Assembly: GCA_964480775.1 (NCBI GenBank)
Contig: CAYZRF010000009.1
Location: 1-32,000 of the forward strand
Direction: 5' to 3'
Source of the DNA: an uncultured Nitrososphaerota archaeon
GTDB lineage: Archaea > Korarchaeota > Korarchaeia > Korarchaeales > Korarchaeaceae
DNA length: 32,000 nt
Under the pieces are notes generated by a model. The model ran no database searches. It saw nothing but the letters and a program-made list of their open reading frames with translations, and was not told where the DNA came from. Made by a program: the position numbers and the translations under genes. Below, in pieces: positions 16,574-24,925 of this stretch (position 1 is its first letter; every line of letters begins with the position of its first letter).

Positions 16574-17953
16574 TTAAGGTTTACTTACGCCTAATTCCTC
16601 TAATTCCTTCCAAACCCTTTCATATATGGCGAGCCAGTCTGGAACTGGTTTAAGAGTTACCAGGTTAGTGAGCTCCTTAAAACTGCGTCCCTTTGGAGGA
16701 TCCCTTAACCTTCCCTCGTACTTTGGTAAGAGCTCCTTAACGACATAGTTAACATCGGAGAGCTTCATTCCGGCAGATGCTTTCAATATTTCTGCGCAGA
16801 ACTTATTCTCAAGCCCACTACAATAATTAGGATATTTACATGCAGCTGGTCTTGTTCCGATCACGATAGCAGCCCCAGATACTGCTTCGGCGAGGGAGAT
16901 GCAAGCTGTCTCATACAAGATCATATCAGTTCCTGGACCAGCCACCTGACTGGTTATTCCTAGAACCATTGAGCGGCTGTTTCTAGATTTGGCTTGATTA
17001 GCTACGCTCGTAGCCCAAAGAGCTTCCCTTCCGCAGTTTCCAAAGTATCTTCCATCTAATATTGTGCTCTCTATAACAGTTGGTTGCATTGATGCTGCCT
17101 GTAGGATGTGGGCTGCAATTGCGCCTAAGGCTGCCCCTTCAGGAGGGCCGAAATATCCACCTATAGTTGTCATGTGCCCTGCTTCAATTGAAGTACCTGT
17201 AATCAGGGCAACGGCTACTCTGTGCAATATCCTATGTGGTAGGGTGATGGGCTCAGGTATTAGACATATGGCAAGCGTGCACTCTGGCTCAAATCCCCCT
17301 GGTAGGAAACCTCCGAAGAAGCCATACTCTGTAGGTGCTCCTTCAACCCCAAACACAGGCATTCCAGGCCTTCCAGCCCTATGAAGGGCCTCTTTAACAA
17401 GCTTTGCCTCGTAAAATCCCGCCAGGGTCTCATAGGGCGTCCTTGATCTAACCTCCCTTCCGTGAAGCCTGTCTAGACAGGCACCTAGAAGCATGTCCAC
17501 AACCCTGTATTGGGCGATTGACTGACAGATTGGGACATAAAGCTCCTCTGAGACAGAGAGCCCTAGAGCAGACATGGCTGCTATAGGAGGACTCGGGTCC
17601 TCGGGCACCCTGACCTTGATAGTGATCCTATCCTTTCCCTTTCCCAATGAGACCTCGGATACTGCATTTTTTAGCGCTTCCTCTATCTCCTCTTCGGTGA
17701 ACTTGACAATTCTCTCAGTCTCAGGGCAGAACATTCCCAGCTCAACCGCAAGAGAGAAACCTGCCTCCCAGAACTCATCAGCTAAACTGAGATCCATGTT
17801 TATGGGATTGTTTGGATCGAACGTCCTCTCTAACCCGTGATCCTTTAATACCCTCATGGTTGTTCTGGGAACTAACTTGTAGTCCCACTCCTTTCTTGAG
17901 ATGGGAGGTCCTATTAGGGTCCTGTCCATAACCTCTAACAGCTTCGATACCAT
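16574..17953 (-). CDS. MtmB-family (monomethylamine methyltransferase-like) protein lacking pyrrolysine; putative substrate:corrinoid methyltransferase (MT1)
   Basis: The ORF is open from GTG at 17971 (465 aa). ATG at 17953 (459 aa) is the likelier start, with GGAGGTGA 8 nt upstream inside the end of the corrinoid-protein gene. Blocks match recalled M. barkeri MtmB: KEWDYKLVP / DDWDLMKIP, RIVKFTEEEI / RIVKYTEDEI, PYETLA / PYEVLA, AGRPGMPVFG / AGRPGMGV(Pyl)G, AGPGTDMILYE / AGPCTEMCLLE, GRSFKE...LEELGV / GKTFQE...LEDLGL. There is no in-frame TAG. Confidence 0.8.
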   Translation of the reverse strand: MVSKLLEVMDRTLIGPPISRKEWDYKLVPRTTMRVLKDHGLERTFDPNNPINMDLSLADEFWEAGFSLAVELGMFCPETERIVKFTEEEIEEALKNAVSEVSLGKGKDRITIKVRVPEDPSPPIAAMSALGLSVSEELYVPICQSIAQYRVVDMLLGACLDRLHGREVRSRTPYETLAGFYEAKLVKEALHRAGRPGMPVFGVEGAPTEYGFFGGFLPGGFEPECTLAICLIPEPITLPHRILHRVAVALITGTSIEAGHMTTIGGYFGPPEGAALGAIAAHILQAASMQPTVIESTILDGRYFGNCGREALWATSVANQAKSRNSRSMVLGITSQVAGPGTDMILYETACISLAEAVSGAAIVIGTRPAACKYPNYCSGLENKFCAEILKASAGMKLSDVNYVVKELLPKYEGRLRDPPKGRSFKELTNLVTLKPVPDWLAIYERVWKELEELGVSKP

Positions 17954-17961
17954 TGAATTGG

Positions 17962-18651
17962 TCACCTCCACTCCCCAACTAGAACGGGCTTCTCAACCTC
18001 CTTTCCTCTTTCCTTCAATAGGTTACAGAGCTTTACAGCACCTTCCGCGTCCTTAGCCCATCCATCTGCCCCTATCTCCTTAGCCCACTCTGGATAGACT
18101 GCTGCTCCACCGACTATGACGTAATATTTGTCTCTGATTCCCATGTCCACTAGTCTCTGAATTACATCCCTCATGTAAAACATGGAAGGGCTCAATAGAC
18201 ACGAAATCGCAATGAAATCAGCCTCCGCCCTCTCAGCTTCCTCCACAAACTTCCTAGGTTCAACGTCAGATCCAAGGTCGAATACCTCATAGCCATTTGC
18301 CCTAAGCAAGGATGCTACTATGTTCTTCCCAATGTCGTGGATATCCCCGTAAATCGTCCCTATGACAACTTTTCCTTTCCTGAATTCCTGAGCTCTTTCA
18401 CTTAACTTTGGAATTATGATGTTTAAGGCTGCATAAGCTGTATCTGCTGCTAATACCAAATCAGGTAGGAATAGCTCTAACTTCTCGTATTTCTCCCCAA
18501 CTGTATCAAGGCCCTTCTTTAATCCCTCATTTATTATCTCTAGCGGGTCTATTCCTGCTTCAAGCGCTCTTTTAGTTGCTTCTTTTATGCCTTCTTCATC
18601 ACCATTAACAACCAAGTCTTTTAATCGATCTAGCAGTTCCTGCTTTCCCAT
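17962..18651 (-). CDS. Corrinoid (cobalamin-binding) protein of methyltransferase systems (MtmC/MtbC/MtaC-like)
   Basis: 229-aa ORF with ATG start. It has an N-terminal helical B12-binding_2 cap and a Rossmann-like domain carrying the D-x-H-x-x-G motif (GDIHDIGKN: D103, H105, G108), followed by the SCLLS and VIVGGAA blocks. Confidence 0.92.
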   Translation of the reverse strand: MGKQELLDRLKDLVVNGDEEGIKEATKRALEAGIDPLEIINEGLKKGLDTVGEKYEKLELFLPDLVLAADTAYAALNIIIPKLSERAQEFRKGKVVIGTIYGDIHDIGKNIVASLLRANGYEVFDLGSDVEPRKFVEEAERAEADFIAISCLLSPSMFYMRDVIQRLVDMGIRDKYYVIVGGAAVYPEWAKEIGADGWAKDAEGAVKLCNLLKERGKEVEKPVLVGEWR

Positions 18652-18670
18652 ATTCCCCTTATAGGCGGCT

Positions 18671-18684
18671 AAAAAATAAAAATA
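18671..18684 (-). promoter_or_regulatory. Candidate TATA box for the corrinoid methyltransferase operon
   Basis: On the reverse strand, TATTTTTATTTTTT is centred about 26 nt upstream of the corrinoid-protein ATG (18651). It lies in the 86-nt spacer after the Yip1-like gene. Confidence 0.35.
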
Positions 18685-18737
18685 GGATTAAGTGCAGAAA
18701 CCGAGATATGAGCCTTCTTAATACCTTGATTTTCAAT

Positions 18738-19409
18738 TTAGATAGTTGGAAGGTAAATGGACCCTATCAGATAGATTAATGTGGGTATTGCGACAATAAA
18801 AGTCGCTTTATAGTAAGATAGATTGTGTTCTTCCTTAACAGCTAGGACAGAGAGAGCCAGAAACCAGATTAACATTACCAAACCGAAGATCCTGTTTATG
18901 GCCATGCCTACCTCGGTTGGCTTAGTAGCCATCAAGTTCTTTAAGAACTCAGCTTTTTCAGCAGAACTCATACTTTCAATAGGGATATCAGGAATTTTTG
19001 GAGAATACAGAGCCATAGCTAGCAAATTTGATGCTGAAGAGAAAATTTGGGGGGTGCGACACCAACCAATAAGTTCTAAAAGCTTTTCAAATGTACCTGA
19101 TCCCTTTATAGCCTTAGCAATTAGGTGAAAAACTCCAGAGATTACGAACCAAGCTGTAAATGAGAAAATAAGGGTTCCATACACAAGTCGGATTCCAGAA
19201 AAGCCCTCTAATCCAACTTCGCTTGGATCAATTTGCATTATATCGAGAATTTTCATAACAGAGATGAAGGTTGCCAGCCCAGTCAGCAGACCTTGAGATA
19301 GAATTATGACAAATGGCCCCAGGAGAGAGAGTTTCCCTTCCTTCATTTCCTTCAAAGTTGGTACAGGTCTTAGGATGATGCCCTTGATTTTCACCAAGAT
19401 CCTCAGCAT
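18738..19409 (-). CDS. Yip1-domain-like membrane protein
   Basis: 223-aa ORF. A short soluble N-terminus (ILRPVPTLKEM) is followed by five hydrophobic helices, which is Yip1-family-like topology. No catalytic motif recognised. Confidence 0.5.
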   Translation of the reverse strand: MLRILVKIKGIILRPVPTLKEMKEGKLSLLGPFVIILSQGLLTGLATFISVMKILDIMQIDPSEVGLEGFSGIRLVYGTLIFSFTAWFVISGVFHLIAKAIKGSGTFEKLLELIGWCRTPQIFSSASNLLAMALYSPKIPDIPIESMSSAEKAEFLKNLMATKPTEVGMAINRIFGLVMLIWFLALSVLAVKEEHNLSYYKATFIVAIPTLIYLIGSIYLPTI

Positions 19410-19510
19410 CTCTCATAGTGAGTGAGGGGTGCTATTAATGGTTGCTCTTCCAGACTCGTGAGGTGATAAATGTTTATTCTGATCAAAGCTGTCATTGAGA
19501 ACTCGTTAGG

Positions 19511-21514
19511 TTACGTTTGGTAAGGAGATTTTGAGGGTTTTTTGTTGTATGTTCTAAGTTCGATTGCAGTTGGTATTGAAAAGACAAAAGCTACCAAAGC
19601 CAGCCATCCAGAGATGTTTGATTCAACAATCTCTGCATTGAGAATTTTTTCCCACGAAATCTCATTTATTTGGCCGTCTTTCCCTATTTTGATCGTTGCT
19701 ACATTCTCATAAACTCTCTCTTGCCAAGTTCCCAAATGATACAACCAGATTTTGAGGGAAATTCCTCCCTCTGTTATCCCGCTGTGACGCATAACCTCCT
19801 CTAAACTCTCTACATAAATGTTTGAAACTATCTGATCAGATTCCACCTCCGATTCTCCTGAGGAAATTTCAACCACGTCTACGCTCAAAACCCAACGGAC
19901 TTTGATCTCATGGGCTTCATCTCGCTGTTTAACCCAAATCTCAATGCTTGAAGGCCTTCCAACTACCCTCAAATTTGAGGGCTCAGTCCTATGACAGCCG
20001 CAGGAATATTGAGGAAACTCCACGAAAGTTCCGTCCGGCCATCTAACAACCACTTGAGCTTTCCAGCTTGGAATTGAGAGAGAAAACCAAAGTATGGACA
20101 TACAAGTTAAGGCAAAGAGAATGATCGCTAGATAACGCTTGCCTTTTGACCATATAGCTGCTGATACTAAGACAAATGGGAAGCAAAAGAAGGCCTTTAG
20201 AGGATCCGATCTCGCCAAACAAAGCGAGGCTATTGCTCCCATCGAAAATATTAAGGTGAGACGGGAATTGAATGACCTAACTTTTTCTAAATCCAAGAAC
20301 GGAATAATTACTCCTGCCGCTCCTAGAGAAGCTCTAATCAGCACAGGAGTGTCGTAACTAGTTGCTAAGAAATATGTCCCCAGAGACAATAGCAAGATGC
20401 CTGATATCAGGTCAATAATAGTTACCTTTGTTCCTATCCATCTCTTCATTGTTCTTGACTTTAATCCTGCCCAAACGCTAAGTAATATGGCAATTAAAGG
20501 CGAGATGAATACAGAGTTGTAAAGAATGAGTGCTAGAAAGGCTCTAGTCTTATTAATGCCGACTAAGAATGAGGAAGCAAGAAGATAAGGTCCCATGGAG
20601 CAAGGAAGTAATGTAAAGCTAACCAAGGCTCCTAAGGTAATTGCCTCAACGGAGCTTGCAGAACCCTCAAAGACCTCAAATCTTCTAATAGTGATTTTTC
20701 TCAGAGGCTTAGGCAAAGGAGCCCTATGAATCCCTGATTGAAAGTTTCTCAACTCGAAAACGCCTAGAGCTATGAGGGCAGCACTGAAGAGGGGGATGAG
20801 GGTCCTCAGAAGGGAGGCAATGGTCAGGAGCCCCAGACCCAGAAGGAAGTAACATAGATAAACTGTGGCGATAAAGGCAACACCTGACCTAAGCGCTCTT
20901 CTCCTTCCACCAGAAGCCATAGAGAGGACCAAAAGGGTAGCAAATACCACGAAAGTGCAGGGGTTCACTGAATCCGCAGCCGCTAAAATAAAGAACTCTT
21001 TAAGCTCAAATTGAATTGAAGATGGCTTTGATTTGAAAATTTCCTCTAATCTCTTAACTTCTTCTCCTTCTAGATATCTTAGCTCATGTTCTTTGTAAGA
21101 AACTAACACAGATCCAGGACTTATCCTTCCTTCTAGTGAACTTAGGAATTCTTGGTCATGATAACCAGCCAAGATTGCCACAAGACTGTCCTGAGAAAAG
21201 ACTACAACTAAAGGAGCTGCTCGAACCCCTTGAGGAAAGGCAAGTTCATAGATCTCATCTACTATGGCGGCTATTTCAGCTCCTTCTGGACCAGATAACT
21301 CATAGAAAACAATTGATTCATTTCCGAATAGTTCTGATATGGTTTTAAGCTCCGACCCGCACTCAGAGCATCCAATTGTTCCGTATACAACAAAAGTCAA
21401 ATTAGGCTGTGCATAAATGGAAGCCAGTTGTGTTGAAAAAACCATGGCTATTAGCAAAGCAACTAAGATCTTCATCAAGATTAAGCTTGCGATCCTTCTT
21501 TTTTTGCCTTTCAA
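19511..21514 (-). CDS. Fusion protein: signal anchor + thioredoxin-like CxxC domain + CcdA/DsbD-type thiol:disulfide transporter core + extra TM helices + C-terminal extracytoplasmic domain
   Basis: 667-aa ORF. C49-S-E-C52 sits in a Trx-like context (VVYGTIGCSECG). The DsbD/CcdA signature cysteines are in TM helices: DSVNPC186TF and LLPC305SMGP. Additional helices follow, then a ~150-aa beta-rich segment with a CGC motif and a final TM anchor. Confidence 0.7.
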   Translation of the reverse strand: MKGKKRRIASLILMKILVALLIAMVFSTQLASIYAQPNLTFVVYGTIGCSECGSELKTISELFGNESIVFYELSGPEGAEIAAIVDEIYELAFPQGVRAAPLVVVFSQDSLVAILAGYHDQEFLSSLEGRISPGSVLVSYKEHELRYLEGEEVKRLEEIFKSKPSSIQFELKEFFILAAADSVNPCTFVVFATLLVLSMASGGRRRALRSGVAFIATVYLCYFLLGLGLLTIASLLRTLIPLFSAALIALGVFELRNFQSGIHRAPLPKPLRKITIRRFEVFEGSASSVEAITLGALVSFTLLPCSMGPYLLASSFLVGINKTRAFLALILYNSVFISPLIAILLSVWAGLKSRTMKRWIGTKVTIIDLISGILLLSLGTYFLATSYDTPVLIRASLGAAGVIIPFLDLEKVRSFNSRLTLIFSMGAIASLCLARSDPLKAFFCFPFVLVSAAIWSKGKRYLAIILFALTCMSILWFSLSIPSWKAQVVVRWPDGTFVEFPQYSCGCHRTEPSNLRVVGRPSSIEIWVKQRDEAHEIKVRWVLSVDVVEISSGESEVESDQIVSNIYVESLEEVMRHSGITEGGISLKIWLYHLGTWQERVYENVATIKIGKDGQINEISWEKILNAEIVESNISGWLALVAFVFSIPTAIELRTYNKKPSKSPYQT

Positions 21515-21637
21515 AGGGTCCTCTGTTTGTTTTAGAGTTGGAAATAATATAGGGTTTTCCCATTAAGAGGGTCAAAGTGATAGGTCTTAAGAGTAAGCCC
21601 ATGTTAGATCTTAACTCGACAAAGGGAGGAATACCAC

Positions 21638-22456
21638 ATGTCTAGATTTGAAAGCTTTTACAAGCTATTTAACACAAAAAAGCCAATCATAGGAATGGTC
21701 CATCTGCCGCCTCTCCCAGGCTCACCCCGATACAACGGGGATATGGAAGGTTTGATCAAAAGGGCCGTCTCAGATGCTAGGGCTCTTGAGGATGGGGGGG
21801 TAAATGGACTGATTGTGGAGAACTATGGCGATAAGCCTTTTAGAAGAGATAAAGTCGGACCCGAAACAGTTTCTGCAATGACTTTAGTTCTGAAGAGCGT
21901 GTTAGAGGCAACATCTCTGCCAGTCGGAGTTAATGTGCTTAGAAGCGATTGTGTCTCTGCTCTAGCTATAGCTTCAGTAACTGGAGCAAAGTTCATCAGG
22001 TGTAATGTTTTTACCGATACCTTGGTCACGGATCAAGGCATTATTCAGCCCTGTGCATGGGAAGTCTTGAACTTAAGGGCGTTTCTCAAATCTAAGGTCA
22101 TGGTGTTCGCTGATGTTCTTAGCAAACATGCTAGGCCCTTAGTCCACCTGACAATAGAGGAATCAGCAAGAGCTGCCGCCTATAGAGGAATGGCCGACGC
22201 CATAATAGTAACTGGAACGGAGACCGGGGTTAGTCCGGATCCTGAGAGGGTTAAGAGGATTAAGGAGGCTGTTTCGGATGTTCCGCTCCTAATTGGAAGT
22301 GGTCTCAACCCAGATAACGCTGTAACACTGTTAAAACATGCAGATGGGGCTATCGTTGGCACATATTTCAAGGAAAAAGGTTTTGTAGAAAATAAAGTCG
22401 ACACGGAGAGGGTAAGAACCCTCATAAAAACCATAAAGATGCTCGATCATAGGTGA
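21638..22456 (+). CDS. BtpA/SgcQ-family TIM-barrel protein
   Basis: 272-aa ORF. The ATG is preceded by GGGAGGA 7 nt upstream. The family N-terminal block is KPIIGMVHLPPLPGSPRY; later blocks are VENYGD.PF and GSGLN..N......ADGAIVGT.FK. Confidence 0.85.
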   Translation: MSRFESFYKLFNTKKPIIGMVHLPPLPGSPRYNGDMEGLIKRAVSDARALEDGGVNGLIVENYGDKPFRRDKVGPETVSAMTLVLKSVLEATSLPVGVNVLRSDCVSALAIASVTGAKFIRCNVFTDTLVTDQGIIQPCAWEVLNLRAFLKSKVMVFADVLSKHARPLVHLTIEESARAAAYRGMADAIIVTGTETGVSPDPERVKRIKEAVSDVPLLIGSGLNPDNAVTLLKHADGAIVGTYFKEKGFVENKVDTERVRTLIKTIKMLDHR

Positions 22457-22460
22457 GTGA

Positions 22461-23816
22461 ATGGATCTCCTGAATGGAGACTGGTGGAAAGCTGGCGCTG
22501 GCCCTGGAGGTTTGTGTCTAAATGGTCTAAAGGCCATCATTACTATGGAACCCTCAAATCCGATTATTTGGAATGGTCACATTTGTGTCGAGGATGGATT
22601 GATAAAGAGCATAGGTGTTGGTAAGGGACCAAGGGCAGAGGTAGAAATAGAGACTCATGGGAAGGTAGCTATTCCTGGCATGATAGATCTCCACTCCCAT
22701 TCTACTCAATCTTTTCTAAGGGGTGTATTCGATGAGATATGCCTCATGGAGTGGTTAAACGAAACCGATGTATCCTATTCGAGAGCAAAAAGAGAATTGC
22801 TTGAAATATCATCTACGATCTCTTTTCTCGAAAGATTGAAGGGAGGAGTCACCACAGTAGTGGATATGGAGCCCTTTCCCGAGATAATTGCTCGAGCTTC
22901 TGAAAAGATTGGTTTGAGGACCGAAATCTCCGTTCTGATGGCTGATACCCCAGAACTTCCTAGTCAAGAGGTTTCATCGCTAGAACAGGAGTTGAAAAAG
23001 GCTAAAAGTGCTATACAAAAGTTTCAGAGAAATCAAAAGTTATGGGTATCTCTAGCTCCCGTAGGTTTTCCTGCAGCCTCAAATGAACTTTTTAAGAGAT
23101 CTGCAGAACTCGCAAAGGAAAAAGGACTAAGGCTCCATACTCATGTTGCTGAGAGCAGAATAAACGCAAACCTATGCAAGAGAAGAAATAGGAGGAGCGA
23201 AATTGAGCTTCTAGAGGATCTTGGATTCTTAGGTCCAAAAACTCAACTTGCCCATGCTATCTGGATAAGCGAGACGGATATCGAGACTCTTTCAAAATAT
23301 AGAACTGCAGTCGTTCATTGCCCTTCAAGCAACCTGAAGCTCGCAGCAGGCGTGTCGAAAGTACCTGAGATGATAAAAATGGGAGTTAAAGTTGGACTTG
23401 GGCTTGATGGAGCAGCTAGCAACTCCAGCCAAGATATGTTCCAAGAGATGAGAATCGCATCAACATTACATAAAGGGGTTAAAGGAAATCCAAAAGCCGT
23501 GAAAGCCGAAGAAGCACTTAATATGACGACTGTACAAGCTGCAAAAATACTTAGACTTGAAAAAACGTTAGGAAAGATATCTCCTGGCTATTGGGCTGAT
23601 TTTTCTCTAATTGATGTGTCACAACCCAGGTACTTACCAATAGAGGCCATAAGGTCGCACATAGTTTATTCAGCCCAAGCTTCCGATGTTTTCGGTGTAA
23701 TAGTTGGGGGAGAAGTTCTTGTTTGGGAAAGAACGCACACCAGTTTTGACGAAACTTCCCTCTTAAAGAGAGCAGGTGAACTTTTCTCAGAGTTCCTGAA
23801 CGGTGTGCTCCTTTGA
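22461..23816 (+). CDS. Metal-dependent amidohydrolase of the MtaD/SsnA/chlorohydrolase (nucleobase/nucleoside deaminase-like) group
   Basis: 451-aa ORF. Blocks present: KAIITMEP...VEDGLIKSIG, IPGMIDLHSHSTQSFLRG (HxH), LHTHVAES, VVHCPSSNLKLAAG, GLGLDGAASN. The ATG lies 4 nt after the BtpA stop. TTG at 22512 is an alternative start. Confidence 0.85.
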   Translation: MDLLNGDWWKAGAGPGGLCLNGLKAIITMEPSNPIIWNGHICVEDGLIKSIGVGKGPRAEVEIETHGKVAIPGMIDLHSHSTQSFLRGVFDEICLMEWLNETDVSYSRAKRELLEISSTISFLERLKGGVTTVVDMEPFPEIIARASEKIGLRTEISVLMADTPELPSQEVSSLEQELKKAKSAIQKFQRNQKLWVSLAPVGFPAASNELFKRSAELAKEKGLRLHTHVAESRINANLCKRRNRRSEIELLEDLGFLGPKTQLAHAIWISETDIETLSKYRTAVVHCPSSNLKLAAGVSKVPEMIKMGVKVGLGLDGAASNSSQDMFQEMRIASTLHKGVKGNPKAVKAEEALNMTTVQAAKILRLEKTLGKISPGYWADFSLIDVSQPRYLPIEAIRSHIVYSAQASDVFGVIVGGEVLVWERTHTSFDETSLLKRAGELFSEFLNGVLL

Positions 23817-24925
23817 TCTCAAGGAAAAAGTTTACGTCACTGTACATTTCGACTTTTCTATTGACAACAGGCGTGGGAGCAACTATTCCAGCCCTAGCTC
23901 AAAAGGTCTACCTAATATCTTCATCAGACGAACTTGTCTCGCTAGTGATTGGAACTTGGGGTCTCTCTTACACAATATTGAGCGCTCTTTCTGGTTATTT
24001 AATTAACTTTTTTGGAAGAAAAGGGGTTTCTTTCCTTGGTTTGCTAGGTGCGTCTGTTTCTGGTATTATAATGGAGTTATCTAACTCTGTATCTGCGCTT
24101 GCCTCATCAAGATTCCTTACAGGGGCTTCTGAAGCTCTTGTCCTTAATTCTTTCATCACTATAACCTCTTTTGAATCCTTAGAAAAGAGAGAAGGCTGTC
24201 TTGGTCTACTGTATGCTTCTATGGGTCTTGGATTGTTCTCGGGACCTTTTTTCTACTCTTACTTCTTGGGATCAGATCCCAAAAAAGGCTTTTTCTTGTT
24301 GATTCTTCTTCCTCTTATGTCAATACTCCTTCTTCCATCATATCAAGAGGGATTTTCAATGGATAGGTCGTCTCACCCTAACTTAAGAAAAGTAGCTATC
24401 CCTTTAACTGTGTCTCTACTAATAGGGGCATTGGAAGGATATTTTCAAGGGTCGGGAGTGAGCCTTGTTAGAGCTTGGGGGCATGATCCCTCGGATTTTG
24501 GAAAGATTTTGTCCCTCTATTTTGCGTTTAGCATTGTCGTCCAAGGCACGATGCCCTTCTTGACCAAAGTTTTTAGGGCGGATAGCTGGGCAGTTAGCTT
24601 TTCTATATGGACAATCTTCACATCGAGCCTGCTCATCGAGTTAAGGTCCAAAAAATTTCCTTTCTTATTCTCTGGCTTATTTGGGGCTTCTATTGCCGTT
24701 TGTAGCGTAGCTTTAACTTCATTATTATCTGAATTAACTACAGAGAAGGAAAGAGCATTTGCTATAGGGATGTCGAGTTCAACTTATTCACTGGGCTACT
24801 TTATTTCTCCTATTTTCGTCTTTATATTCAAAAATCAGGTTTTTGGAGTGTTCTTTATGTCTATACTACTTTTTCTCTTAGCAGCAATCATTAGATTTCC
24901 GTTAAGACCTTCTAACGAGATTTAA
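23813..24925 (+). CDS. MFS-type transporter
   Basis: 370-aa ORF with about 11-12 hydrophobic helices and a motif-A-like block, SGYLINFFGRKGV. The TTG start overlaps the amidohydrolase stop (TTGA). Its 3' end overlaps the convergent ecfA gene by 14 nt. Confidence 0.65.
   Translation: MISRKKFTSLYISTFLLTTGVGATIPALAQKVYLISSSDELVSLVIGTWGLSYTILSALSGYLINFFGRKGVSFLGLLGASVSGIIMELSNSVSALASSRFLTGASEALVLNSFITITSFESLEKREGCLGLLYASMGLGLFSGPFFYSYFLGSDPKKGFFLLILLPLMSILLLPSYQEGFSMDRSSHPNLRKVAIPLTVSLLIGALEGYFQGSGVSLVRAWGHDPSDFGKILSLYFAFSIVVQGTMPFLTKVFRADSWAVSFSIWTIFTSSLLIELRSKKFPFLFSGLFGASIAVCSVALTSLLSELTTEKERAFAIGMSSSTYSLGYFISPIFVFIFKNQVFGVFFMSILLFLLAAIIRFPLRPSNEI

Noticed and set aside
17064-17840. 106-aa and 88-aa plus-strand ORFs within the MtmB-like gene
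   Set aside because: They are antisense shadow ORFs, Gly/Pro/Ser-rich, inside a strongly supported CDS.
16574-17971. Initial reading of this ORF as a non-Pyl MttB (trimethylamine/glycine-betaine methyltransferase family) protein
   Set aside because: The conserved blocks match my recollection of MtmB along the whole length, including the block surrounding the Pyl position, rather than MttB. This needs HMM confirmation.
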